DNA of 49,297 bases, taken from Minisyncoccota bacterium (lineage in GTDB: Bacteria; Patescibacteriota; Minisyncoccia; Phycocordibacterales; JAQTLZ01). The stretch is from assembly GCA_028710915.1 (NCBI GenBank), contig JAQTTF010000002.1:1-49297 (forward strand), written 5' to 3'. The notes beneath the pieces were generated by a model. It did not search any database. It saw only the letters and a list, made by a program, of their open reading frames with translations, and had not been told where the DNA came from. The stretch's first letter is position 1, and each line of letters starts with the position of its first letter. The translations under genes were made by a program, and so were the position numbers. This document shows positions 37,347 to 45,945 of this stretch, piece by piece.

Positions 37347-40300
37347 AGTTTCTTGATTGCCTCTGCAAGAAGGGAGAATTCTCCATTTCGCATTGAGACT
37401 TTGCCTTTGATTGCTATGCAAGTTTCGGGTATTAAGAATGCTTTGAATTCAGCTAAGGTGCGCGCGAAAACGACAACTTCCATTGTTCCGGAAAGGTCGG
37501 CGACTTTGATGAATGCCATTTGGTCGCCCTTTTTTGTTTGAATTGGTTTTATTTCTTCCACGATTCCCGAGACGACAGTCATCATTCCTTCCTTCATTGA
37601 TTCTTTGATTTTTTGGATTGGAATTTTGCCTGCGAGCTTTTCTTTAAATGCGTCGAGAGGATGCCCAGATACGTAAAGGCCGAGAAGCTCTTTTTCCCAT
37701 ATAAGCTTGTCTTTCTGGTCTGCCGGCGGAATTGGCTTTAAGGTAAGTTTTTCATGCTCACCCCCGCCTCCTCCAAAAAGCGAATCTTGATTTTTGAGCT
37801 TTTTTTTCTCCTTGTTGTAAGCAAGAATGTCTTCGAGATTTCCGAGAATATTCCCTCGTTCGCCAAGCTCATCCATTGCTCCGCATTTAATGAGCGCTTC
37901 GAGGGATTTTTTATTCAAATTTTTGTCTTTGATGCGGTCGAGGAAATCAACGAGAGATTTGAATTTTCCGTTTGTTTTCCGTTCTTCGATAATCGTGCGA
38001 GAAATTCCTTCTCCAAAATTTTTGATGGTGTTTAATCCAAATCTGATTTGGTCGGTTCCGGCGGCATTTCTTACAACAGTAAAGTCCGCAAAACTTTCAT
38101 TGATAGAAGGAGGAAGGACTGGGATTCCCATTCTTTTGCATTCAGAAATGAATTCAGCAATTTTCTCTACATCTCCCGCATCCGCAGTAAGTACCGCAGC
38201 CATATAGATAGCCGGATAATTAGCTTTCATATAGGAAGTCTGATAGGCAACTCGGCCGTAGCTTGCTGCGTGAGCCTTGTTGAATCCATAAGCGGCAAAA
38301 GGCTCGATAAGTTTCCAGAGCTCTTCTGCCTTATCTTTTGTCATGCCGTTTTTAACAAAAGCGACTTGAAGCTTTTCTTTTTGAGCTTCCATTTCTGCAG
38401 GAATTTTCTTTCCCATCGCTTTGCGGAGCTTGTCTGCTTCAAGCCAAGAATATCCGCCAAGTTTTACGGCAATGAGAAGCACGTCATCCTGATAGGTGAT
38501 AACGCCGTAGGACTGATCCAGAATATCTTTCATTCGAGGATCGAGGTAGCGAATGAGGATTGGATTGTGTTCGCGTTCGATGTAGCGGGGAATTGATTCC
38601 AGAGGTCCTGGGCGATAGAGCGCAACCATTGCGTTTATATCCAGAATTGTCGATGGTCGGAGATCTTTCAGAAATTTTGTTAAGCCGGAGCCGTTCAACT
38701 GAAATAGTCCGGTCGTCTCTCCTCGGGCGAGCATTTCAAATGTTTTTTTGTCATTGAGCGGAATATTTTCAATATCGATTTTTTGGCCAAGAATTTTTTC
38801 TACAAGATCCACCGAACTTGCCAGGATTGAAAGATTTTTAATGCCGAGGAAATCGAATTTGAGAAGTCCGACGCCGTCCTCTCCAACGCTGTACATATCG
38901 TATTGAGTAATAATTTTCCCTTCTCCTTTTGGATCGAACTGAAGCGGGGTGTAATCGGTAAGGGGAGTCGGAGCGATGACGACACCGGCAGCGTGGACTC
39001 CGACGTGTCTGGCACAACCCTCGATCTTTTTTGCCATATCGATAATGACTTTTGCGTCCTCTTCTTTTTTGTAAATTTCTGCAAGCTCCGGTACGTCCTC
39101 GAGCGCTTTGTCGATCGTCATTGGGAATCCTTGCGCACCCATAGGAATGAGTTTTGCCAGCCGATCACCCTCGGAGTATGCAAAACCGAGGGCTCGCGCT
39201 ACGTCACGGACGCTTCCGCGAGCCATCATGGTTCCGAATGTTCCGATTTGGGCAACGTGTTCTTCGCCGTACTTTTTGCGTGCATAGGCAATCACTTCAT
39301 CGCGCCGATTATCAGCATAATCCATATCGATATCAGGGGCTGACGGGCGCTCCGGGTTCAAGAATCTTTCAAAGGGGATTTTATATTCGAGCGGATTTAC
39401 ATTCGTAATTCTTGCGAGATAAGTTACAAGAGAACCCGCAACAGAGCCTCGAATTGTGGTTAGAATTTTATTCTCGTGCGCGAAACGCATAAGATCTCCC
39501 ACAACGAGAAAATATTTTGAGTAGCCTTTGTTTTTAATAACCTCAAGTTCATATTCATATCGTTTCTTTATATCTTCTGTATCTTGGATTCCTCTTATTT
39601 TGAGTCCTTGGAGCACGAGATATCTCAATTCTTCATCAGCGCTTCGCCCGCTTTCGATTTTCATGTCTGGGAAATACCATTTGCCAAGTTCAGGTTCCAA
39701 ATTGCATTTTTCGGCAACTCTGATCGTGTTTTCTACAGCCTCTGGAAAATTTTTGAAAAACTCTTCCGCTTGCGATTCTCCTATAAAAGAAAGATCCGGT
39801 TCATTATCTCCAAACGCATTTCGTTCGCCCACTTCTCCGTTGTTTTGTATAGACAGGAGAGTATTCCGCGCTTTCTGGTCTTCTGGAAGAAGGTAATATA
39901 CGTCATTGGTGGCGACAATGGGGATTTTTTCTTCCTTTCCGAATTCAACGATCTCTTTCATAAGCGTCGCATGCCCGTCAATTTCTGGGTGGTGGGTAAT
40001 TTCAAGATACAGATCTCTTCCAAAAATTTCTTGATGCCAGTGAGCAATCTCTTTCGCTTTATCAATATCGTGAATTTTCAATGCCCCTGAAAGTTCTCCG
40101 TTGAAAGCCGGCATTATACAGACAAGCCCATTGTGATATTGCTTTAAAAGTTCTCTGTCAATGCGGGGGCGATAGTAAAAACCTTCTATGTTCGCGCGAG
40201 TAACAAGTTGTATAAGATTTTTATATCCGGTCTCACTTTTTGCAAGAAGTACGAGCCGAGTGCGTCTGTTATCTACTCCTGCTTGCTTGTCCTGCCGAGT

Positions 40301-40522
40301 GCGAAGCGCGACGTATGCATCGATACCAATGATTGGTTTTATGCCGGCTTTTTTGCAAGCCTGGTAAAATTCGATAGCGCCGTAGAGATTGCCATTGTCA
40401 GTAAGAGCAAGGGCATTCATATTTGCCTCTTTTGCCGCCTTCACTAATTCAGGAATTTTAGGGAGTGCCTGGAGAAGGGAATAATGGCTGTGGGTATGGA
40501 GATGGATGAATCGAGATGGCAT
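37343..40522 (-). CDS. dnaE: DNA polymerase III alpha subunit
   Basis: FIHLHTHSHYSLL PHP N-terminus, 1059 aa, C-terminal OB fold region; stop overlaps methyltransferase stop. Confidence 0.93.
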   Translation of the reverse strand: MPSRFIHLHTHSHYSLLQALPKIPELVKAAKEANMNALALTDNGNLYGAIEFYQACKKAGIKPIIGIDAYVALRTRQDKQAGVDNRRTRLVLLAKSETGYKNLIQLVTRANIEGFYYRPRIDRELLKQYHNGLVCIMPAFNGELSGALKIHDIDKAKEIAHWHQEIFGRDLYLEITHHPEIDGHATLMKEIVEFGKEEKIPIVATNDVYYLLPEDQKARNTLLSIQNNGEVGERNAFGDNEPDLSFIGESQAEEFFKNFPEAVENTIRVAEKCNLEPELGKWYFPDMKIESGRSADEELRYLVLQGLKIRGIQDTEDIKKRYEYELEVIKNKGYSKYFLVVGDLMRFAHENKILTTIRGSVAGSLVTYLARITNVNPLEYKIPFERFLNPERPSAPDIDMDYADNRRDEVIAYARKKYGEEHVAQIGTFGTMMARGSVRDVARALGFAYSEGDRLAKLIPMGAQGFPMTIDKALEDVPELAEIYKKEEDAKVIIDMAKKIEGCARHVGVHAAGVVIAPTPLTDYTPLQFDPKGEGKIITQYDMYSVGEDGVGLLKFDFLGIKNLSILASSVDLVEKILGQKIDIENIPLNDKKTFEMLARGETTGLFQLNGSGLTKFLKDLRPSTILDINAMVALYRPGPLESIPRYIEREHNPILIRYLDPRMKDILDQSYGVITYQDDVLLIAVKLGGYSWLEADKLRKAMGKKIPAEMEAQKEKLQVAFVKNGMTKDKAEELWKLIEPFAAYGFNKAHAASYGRVAYQTSYMKANYPAIYMAAVLTADAGDVEKIAEFISECKRMGIPVLPPSINESFADFTVVRNAAGTDQIRFGLNTIKNFGEGISRTIIEERKTNGKFKSLVDFLDRIKDKNLNKKSLEALIKCGAMDELGERGNILGNLEDILAYNKEKKKLKNQDSLFGGGGGEHEKLTLKPIPPADQKDKLIWEKELLGLYVSGHPLDAFKEKLAGKIPIQKIKESMKEGMMTVVSGIVEEIKPIQTKKGDQMAFIKVADLSGTMEVVVFARTLAEFKAFLIPETCIAIKGKVSMRNGEFSLLAEAIKKL

Positions 40523-40540
40523 AGAGGTATATAGTATATA

Positions 40541-41185
40541 ATGACTTTTAAACTAATACCCAACGTGCAATTAGGAGTCAAAAAAATCAAGTATCAGATC
40601 GGTATTGATGAAGTTGGACGCGGGCCTTTGGCAGGACCCCTGACTTTGTGTGCGGTGATGATACAGAAGTCGACCGCGAAAAATTTTCTCAAAATTTTTC
40701 GCGGGGTGAATGATTCTAAACAGCTCACAGAGAAACAGCGTAAAGGCTGGGCGAAAGTTGCAAAATGGGCGAAAGAAAGAAATCGGATCGATTTTTCAAT
40801 TTCTTCGGTAAAAAACACGACGATAGATAAAATCGGGCTCGCGCGCGCCGTACGGCGCGCGCTCGGGAATTGTCTCAAGAAACTTGAAGCGATCCCAAGT
40901 GAATGCGAAATCTTTTTGGACGGCTCGCTTTACGCTCCAAAAGAATTTTTATATCAAAAAACGATTATAGGGGGCGATAGTAAAGTAAAAATTATCTCGC
41001 TCGCTTCGATTATTGCCAAAGTCCATCGCGACCGAAAAATGGAACGCCTTTCGAAAAGATATCCCCAATACAGTTTTGAAATTCATAAGGGCTACGGTAC
41101 AAAAGCCCATTATAGAGCCATAAAAAAGCACGGCATTTCAAACATTCATCGCAAGAGCTTTCTTAGGGGTATCGTCCTGGTATAA
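40541..41185 (+). CDS. rnhB: ribonuclease HII
   Basis: IGIDEVGRGPLAGPL, DSKQLT, HKGYGT motifs. Confidence 0.9.
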   Translation: MTFKLIPNVQLGVKKIKYQIGIDEVGRGPLAGPLTLCAVMIQKSTAKNFLKIFRGVNDSKQLTEKQRKGWAKVAKWAKERNRIDFSISSVKNTTIDKIGLARAVRRALGNCLKKLEAIPSECEIFLDGSLYAPKEFLYQKTIIGGDSKVKIISLASIIAKVHRDRKMERLSKRYPQYSFEIHKGYGTKAHYRAIKKHGISNIHRKSFLRGIVLV

Positions 41186-41261
41186 TTAAAAGGGTAAGTC
41201 GAGATTCTTGATTGGCAAGAATCCGAGCTCTTGGCCCTTTGAAAGGAAAGGAGGCGCAATC

Positions 41262-41603
41262 GTGGCAATCTCATCAGAGTCTCTTCGTCAGTTTACTGGC
41301 GGGGAGGTGCAACGCGTCGTTGATAACGTCTTTCTCCGGGGGAAGATAGACGGTGCTCCAGAAGTGAAGTGGGAGGGTCGCCTGTGCATCGTGACCTTGC
41401 ATCTCGCAAGGCTGGCATCAGGCCCTGATGGCGAAAAGTGGACGGAGGAGACGGGGTATGAGAGGGACTTGGTCATCAAGAGTGATGATTTCGCGATGTC
41501 AGAGCCTAACGGCACAAGCACACTTTACTGGATGCGGCACGACTGCATGGGATCGGTTCGCTTTATACCCAAAGGCGATTCGAATTGTTATTTCCCAAGC
41601 TAA
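41262..41603 (+). CDS. orphan 113-aa protein, GC-richer, GTG start with strong SD
   Basis: GGAGG 41250-41254, 7 nt spacer, GTG 41262; hairpins at 41203-41223 and 41634-41664 flank it. Confidence 0.5.
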   Translation: MAISSESLRQFTGGEVQRVVDNVFLRGKIDGAPEVKWEGRLCIVTLHLARLASGPDGEKWTEETGYERDLVIKSDDFAMSEPNGTSTLYWMRHDCMGSVRFIPKGDSNCYFPS

Positions 41604-41677
41604 CAAGCGTCATGTTGTGTGCCAGATTGTTTTGAGCTCTTCGGTCGTAAAGATAGAAGAGCTCATTCGCATTTCCA

Positions 41678-41705
41678 TTGCCTTTTTCCGAGAATTCTGT
41701 ATACT
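41678..41705 (+). promoter_or_regulatory. promoter TTGCCT-16-TATACT, 9 nt before rpmF ATG
   Basis: TTGCCT 41678-41683, TATACT 41700-41705, ATG 41715. Confidence 0.6.
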
Positions 41706-41714
41706 ATTCGGAAT

Positions 41715-41936
41715 ATGGTTATTCGAATGCGACATACGCGTGCTCATACGGGGAATCGGCGCTCACATCATGCGCTTGTTTCTATGCGCGTATCAAAGTG
41801 CCCAGATTGTGGCGCGCCCCGCATGAATCACACCATGTGCACAAACTGCGGCAAATACAAAGGCCGAGTTGTGATTGATGTTTTGGCAAAGATTGCCAAG
41901 AAGGAAAAGAAAGCAAAAGCGGCGGCAAAAAAGTAG
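41715..41936 (+). CDS. rpmF: ribosomal protein L32 (Cys4 type)
   Basis: MRHTRAHTGNRRSHHAL..CPDCG..CTNCG; internal ATG of track ORF chosen. Confidence 0.85.
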   Translation: MVIRMRHTRAHTGNRRSHHALVSMRVSKCPDCGAPRMNHTMCTNCGKYKGRVVIDVLAKIAKKEKKAKAAAKK

Positions 41937-41986
41937 TTTTTTGAAGTGGTTTTTGTTTCGTTTTTGAGGCTAGAAGCTTTTCATAA

Positions 41987-42889
41987 ATGGCCAACAGGCA
42001 CCTTTCACGTTCAATAGTGATGCAGTCCATGTTTGAAATGGATTTTCGGGGTCTTCCTGACTCTGAAGCATCTACTGTGCTCGAAAGAAACGCCGAAGAA
42101 TTCGCACCTGGTATGGGCGATTTTTCGTTTATGAAATCTCTGACCCAGCACATTCTCGAAAAGAAAAAAGACATTGACGCGATCATTGAAAAAGCCGCTC
42201 CTGACTGGCCGATCGATAAGATTTCGATTGTAGACAGAAATATTCTTCGCATTGGGCTTTATGAACTTCTTTTTTCAGATCGCGGAGAAGTGCCGGCGAA
42301 AGTGGCGATCAATGAGTCTATTGAACTTGCCAAAACATTCGGTGGAGAGACGTCGGGCAAATTTGTAAACGGAGTTTTGGGCGCGGTTTACAAAGAGCTT
42401 GGCGAACCCGGCAAGGATGAGACTTCTAAGAAGAAAAAAGATGAAGTTCCGGATGATAAGGCTCCAATAGAAAAGCTTGGCGGAGCCGTAGTTTACATGA
42501 AAAAAGGCAATCAGATGTATCTCGCATTTGTCCATGATATTTTCAAACACTGGACGCTCTCAAAAGGGCATGTAGAAGAAGGCCAAGATGAAGAGCAAGA
42601 GACAAAAAAGGAGATAAAAGAAGAAATGGGCGTTGATATCGATATCAAACAAAAGCTCGGTGAAAATTCCTACATAACTTACAATAAAGAGAAAAAGAAA
42701 ATCAGAAAATCAGTCGTATACTTTTTGGCGGAATGCATTTCTCCATTTGAGAGTTTGAAGCTTCAGAAGCTGGGCGGGCTTGATGATGCAAAATGGTTCC
42801 CGCTTGAAAAGATCGGCGAGCTTCCGCTTTATGATGATCTTGTCCCTATTATTACCAAAGCAGTCAATATTCTTTTGAAGACAAAATAA
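41987..42889 (+). CDS. nusB: NusB antitermination factor fused to a C-terminal Nudix-hydrolase domain
   Basis: NusB: RNILRIGLYELLF..PAKVAINESIELAKTFGGE..KFVNGVLG; Lys-rich linker; Nudix box GHVEEGQDEEQETKKEIKEEMGV (42566-42634). Confidence 0.8.
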   Translation: MANRHLSRSIVMQSMFEMDFRGLPDSEASTVLERNAEEFAPGMGDFSFMKSLTQHILEKKKDIDAIIEKAAPDWPIDKISIVDRNILRIGLYELLFSDRGEVPAKVAINESIELAKTFGGETSGKFVNGVLGAVYKELGEPGKDETSKKKKDEVPDDKAPIEKLGGAVVYMKKGNQMYLAFVHDIFKHWTLSKGHVEEGQDEEQETKKEIKEEMGVDIDIKQKLGENSYITYNKEKKKIRKSVVYFLAECISPFESLKLQKLGGLDDAKWFPLEKIGELPLYDDLVPIITKAVNILLKTK

Positions 42890-42890
42890 A

Positions 42891-43577
42891 ATGGACTTGG
42901 GCGCATTCGAAAAAAAGATAGCGGTTACATTTCAAAACAAAGAGCTTCTCAAACAAGCGTTTGTTCATCGTTCCTACTTAAATGAAAATCGGGGACTCAA
43001 AATGGCTCACAACGAACGGCTTGAATTTTTGGGAGACGCAGTACTCGAGCTCATTGTAACTGAGTATCTGTATCACAAGTATCCCGACAACCAGGAAGGC
43101 GATCTCACTTCATACCGAGCTTCGCTTGTGAATGCGGTGACTCTTTCAGGGGTTGCAGAATCATTAGGTTTCAATGATTATCTTCTTCTTTCAAAAGGAG
43201 AGGCAAGAGATACTGGCCGAGCGCGCCAATCAATTCTCGCCGATACTATGGAGGCAGTCATTGGAGCAATTTATATTGACCAGGGGTACGAAGTCGCAAA
43301 ACAATTTATTTCAGAAAATATTTTCGGTCTCATTGATTCAATCGTAGCGCAAGGCGCATGGATTGACGCAAAGAGCCGTTTTCAAGAATTGGCGCAGGAA
43401 AAAACTGGTGTGACGCCAATGTATAAAACTATTAGAGAATCTGGACCGGATCACGACAAGCATTTTGTTGTTGGGGTCTATTTAAATGAAGCATGCCTCG
43501 CAGAAGGAGAAGGGAAATCAAAGCAGGAGGCTGAACAAAAGGCAGCGGAAGGCGCGTTGAAATCAAATGGGTGGTAA
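42891..43577 (+). CDS. rnc: ribonuclease III
   Basis: NERLEFLGDAVLEL signature, C-terminal dsRBD (GPDHDKHF..GEGKSKQEAEQ). Confidence 0.93.
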   Translation: MDLGAFEKKIAVTFQNKELLKQAFVHRSYLNENRGLKMAHNERLEFLGDAVLELIVTEYLYHKYPDNQEGDLTSYRASLVNAVTLSGVAESLGFNDYLLLSKGEARDTGRARQSILADTMEAVIGAIYIDQGYEVAKQFISENIFGLIDSIVAQGAWIDAKSRFQELAQEKTGVTPMYKTIRESGPDHDKHFVVGVYLNEACLAEGEGKSKQEAEQKAAEGALKSNGW

Positions 43578-43602
43578 TCGTCTCACGGAGCAATTTTTCG
43601 TT

Positions 43603-43630
43603 TTGAAAGGCGTCTGAAAGATGCTAAAGT
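43603..43630 (+). promoter_or_regulatory. promoter TTGAAA-16-TAAAGT, 7 nt before smc ATG
   Basis: TTGAAA 43603-43608, TAAAGT 43625-43630, ATG 43638. Confidence 0.6.
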
Positions 43631-43637
43631 ATTTCTT

Positions 43638-45905
43638 ATGTATCTAAAGAGTCTCGAGATATCTGGCTTCAAATCCTTCGGTAAAAAGGGCGTGCTTGAA
43701 TTCAATTCCCCGATCACTTCCATTGTTGGCCCGAATGGTTCCGGCAAATCAAACATCGCCGAAGCTTTTCGATTTGTTTTGGGCGAACAGTCCATAAAGT
43801 CAATGCGAGGGAAACGCGGAGAAGATCTTATTTTCAATGGTACAAAAGATTCCGGACGGCAGAATCGCGCGAGTGTCAAAATGGTTTTTGATAACACGAA
43901 GCGTGTTTTGGACATTGATTTTGACACAGTATGTCTTGAACGCGTGGTGCACCGCGATGGAATAAACGAGTATCTTATCAACGGTTCTGTCGTGCGATTG
44001 CGGGATATTATTGAACTTCTCGCCAAGGCTCACATAGGTTCTTCGGGGCATCATATAATCTCTCAAGGCGAGGCGGACAGGATTTTGAATGCAAATTTGA
44101 AAGAACGGCGTGAAATGGTGGAAGATGCGCTTGGACTTAAAATTTATCAATACAAACGGGCGGAAAGCGAGCGAAAGCTTGAAAAAACGGAAGAAAATAT
44201 TAAATCAGTCGAGTCGCTTCGCCGAGAAATTACTCCGCACCTTACTTTTTTGAAAAAACAGGTAGAGAAAGTGGAGAAAGCGCTCGTCATGAAAGATGAG
44301 CTCACGAATTTGTATCTCGAATATTTCAAACGAGAAGGAGAATATTTGAAGTACGAAAAAAGTCTTTTGGCCGAGACGAGACGTGGTCCGACCGAGAAGC
44401 TTCTCAAACTTGAGCGTGAGCTTGCCACTGCCAAAGCCGTGCTCGCTGAATCTGGTACAAAAGATAAAAAAAGCGCTGAACTCGTATCACTCGAAGGGAA
44501 AATTAGGATTGTCCGGGAGAATCTCGACGTGCTTTCTCGTTCTCTCGGACGGCTTGAAGGAAGTATTTCGGCTGAAGAAAGGCGGCGAGAAAAAGCTAAA
44601 CATACACTTGGAAGTGCTGATGAAAAATTAGTGCATCTCAAAGATGTTGAAGAGCTGGAGAAAAAAGTAAATGAATCTCTCAAAGAAGCCGAAGGAAATG
44701 AAGATCTTTCGAAAGTGAGAGCGATTTTGAAGGGTATTCGAGATATTTTTTCACGATTTATTTCCGATAAAAAACAAGGCGGAGCGCCAAAAGAGATTGA
44801 AGACGCAGAGGCAGAACTCTCGCGTCTCCATAAGGAGAAAAAGGGGATTGAGGCGGAGATTGAAAAAGATAAAAAAGAAGAGGTCGGATATCACAAGGCG
44901 TATGAATTTCTTAAAAATGATATCGAACGCGAGAAAGATTCAAGCCGAGATGCAGAAAAAGCCATTTTCAAAATCATGGCCGAGCAGAATGAGATCCACG
45001 GCGAGCTCAATGTGCTTAAAGTTCGAGAAGAAAAATATCATCACGAAGAAGAAGATTTCAAACGGGAACTTGGCGAGGCGGGGCATATCGCTGGCCGGGC
45101 AATTGTTGAGTATGAAAATTTTAAAATAGAAGGCGAAGTCCTTGAAAAAGATAGAACTAGCCAAGAAGAACGCCGAAAAAGAATTGAAAAAATAAAAGTG
45201 CGTCTTGAGGATGCTGGAGCGGGTGGCGCGGAGGATATTATGAAAGAATTCCGCGAGGTATCTGAACGCGAGGCATTTCTTACGCGGGAGCTCGAGGATT
45301 TGAAAAAATCATCTGCATCGCTTGAAATTCTCATTAAAGAGCTGGAACAACGGCTTGATATTGAATTCAAAGAGGGGGTGATAAAGATCAACAAGCAATT
45401 CCAGGATTTCTTTGCACTTATGTTCGGAGGAGGTACGGCTTCGCTTGAAGTTGTGCGCGAAACGAAAAAGAAAAAAGCGCTTACGGATCTAGATCTCGAG
45501 GGAATGGATGAGATTCCAGAAGATTTGGGCGAAGACGAAGAAGAAGGTAAAGAGGGAATTGATATTTCTGTAAGTTTGCCGAGAAAGAAGACTAAGGGTT
45601 TGAGCATGCTTTCTGGAGGAGAGCGAGCGCTGACTTCTATCGCTCTTATTTTTGCCGTCTCGCAAGTGAATCCTCCGCCATTTATTATTCTCGATGAAAC
45701 CGATGCTGCGCTCGATGAGGCCAACTCAAAAAAGTATGGAGATATGATCGAAAACCTTTCAAAATACTCTCAACTCATTCTCATCACTCATAACCGCGAG
45801 ACGATGTCACGAGCCGGAGTCCTTTATGGAATTACAATGGGTTCTGATGGGATTTCAAAGCTCCTTTCAATTGCTTTTGAAGAGGCGGCAGCTGTCGCTA
45901 AATAA
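43638..45905 (+). CDS. smc: SMC-family ATPase, unusually short (755 aa), no recognisable hinge
   Basis: Head: FKSFG..GPNGSGKSNI (Walker A), LSGGERALT (signature), FIILDETDAALD (Walker B); middle is uninterrupted Glu/Lys-rich coiled coil. Confidence 0.8.
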   Translation: MYLKSLEISGFKSFGKKGVLEFNSPITSIVGPNGSGKSNIAEAFRFVLGEQSIKSMRGKRGEDLIFNGTKDSGRQNRASVKMVFDNTKRVLDIDFDTVCLERVVHRDGINEYLINGSVVRLRDIIELLAKAHIGSSGHHIISQGEADRILNANLKERREMVEDALGLKIYQYKRAESERKLEKTEENIKSVESLRREITPHLTFLKKQVEKVEKALVMKDELTNLYLEYFKREGEYLKYEKSLLAETRRGPTEKLLKLERELATAKAVLAESGTKDKKSAELVSLEGKIRIVRENLDVLSRSLGRLEGSISAEERRREKAKHTLGSADEKLVHLKDVEELEKKVNESLKEAEGNEDLSKVRAILKGIRDIFSRFISDKKQGGAPKEIEDAEAELSRLHKEKKGIEAEIEKDKKEEVGYHKAYEFLKNDIEREKDSSRDAEKAIFKIMAEQNEIHGELNVLKVREEKYHHEEEDFKRELGEAGHIAGRAIVEYENFKIEGEVLEKDRTSQEERRKRIEKIKVRLEDAGAGGAEDIMKEFREVSEREAFLTRELEDLKKSSASLEILIKELEQRLDIEFKEGVIKINKQFQDFFALMFGGGTASLEVVRETKKKKALTDLDLEGMDEIPEDLGEDEEEGKEGIDISVSLPRKKTKGLSMLSGGERALTSIALIFAVSQVNPPPFIILDETDAALDEANSKKYGDMIENLSKYSQLILITHNRETMSRAGVLYGITMGSDGISKLLSIAFEEAAAVAK

Positions 45906-45945
45906 GTGGCTTTTAGGCTCGAAATCGGCTAGAATCTACCCCTAA

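Noticed and set aside
41225-41644. GAGCTCTT direct repeat flanking the 113-aa ORF as a target-site duplication.
   Set aside because: An 8-mer shared between two search windows of about 100 nt is expected by chance at roughly the 10% level. The right copy is simply one arm of a hairpin.
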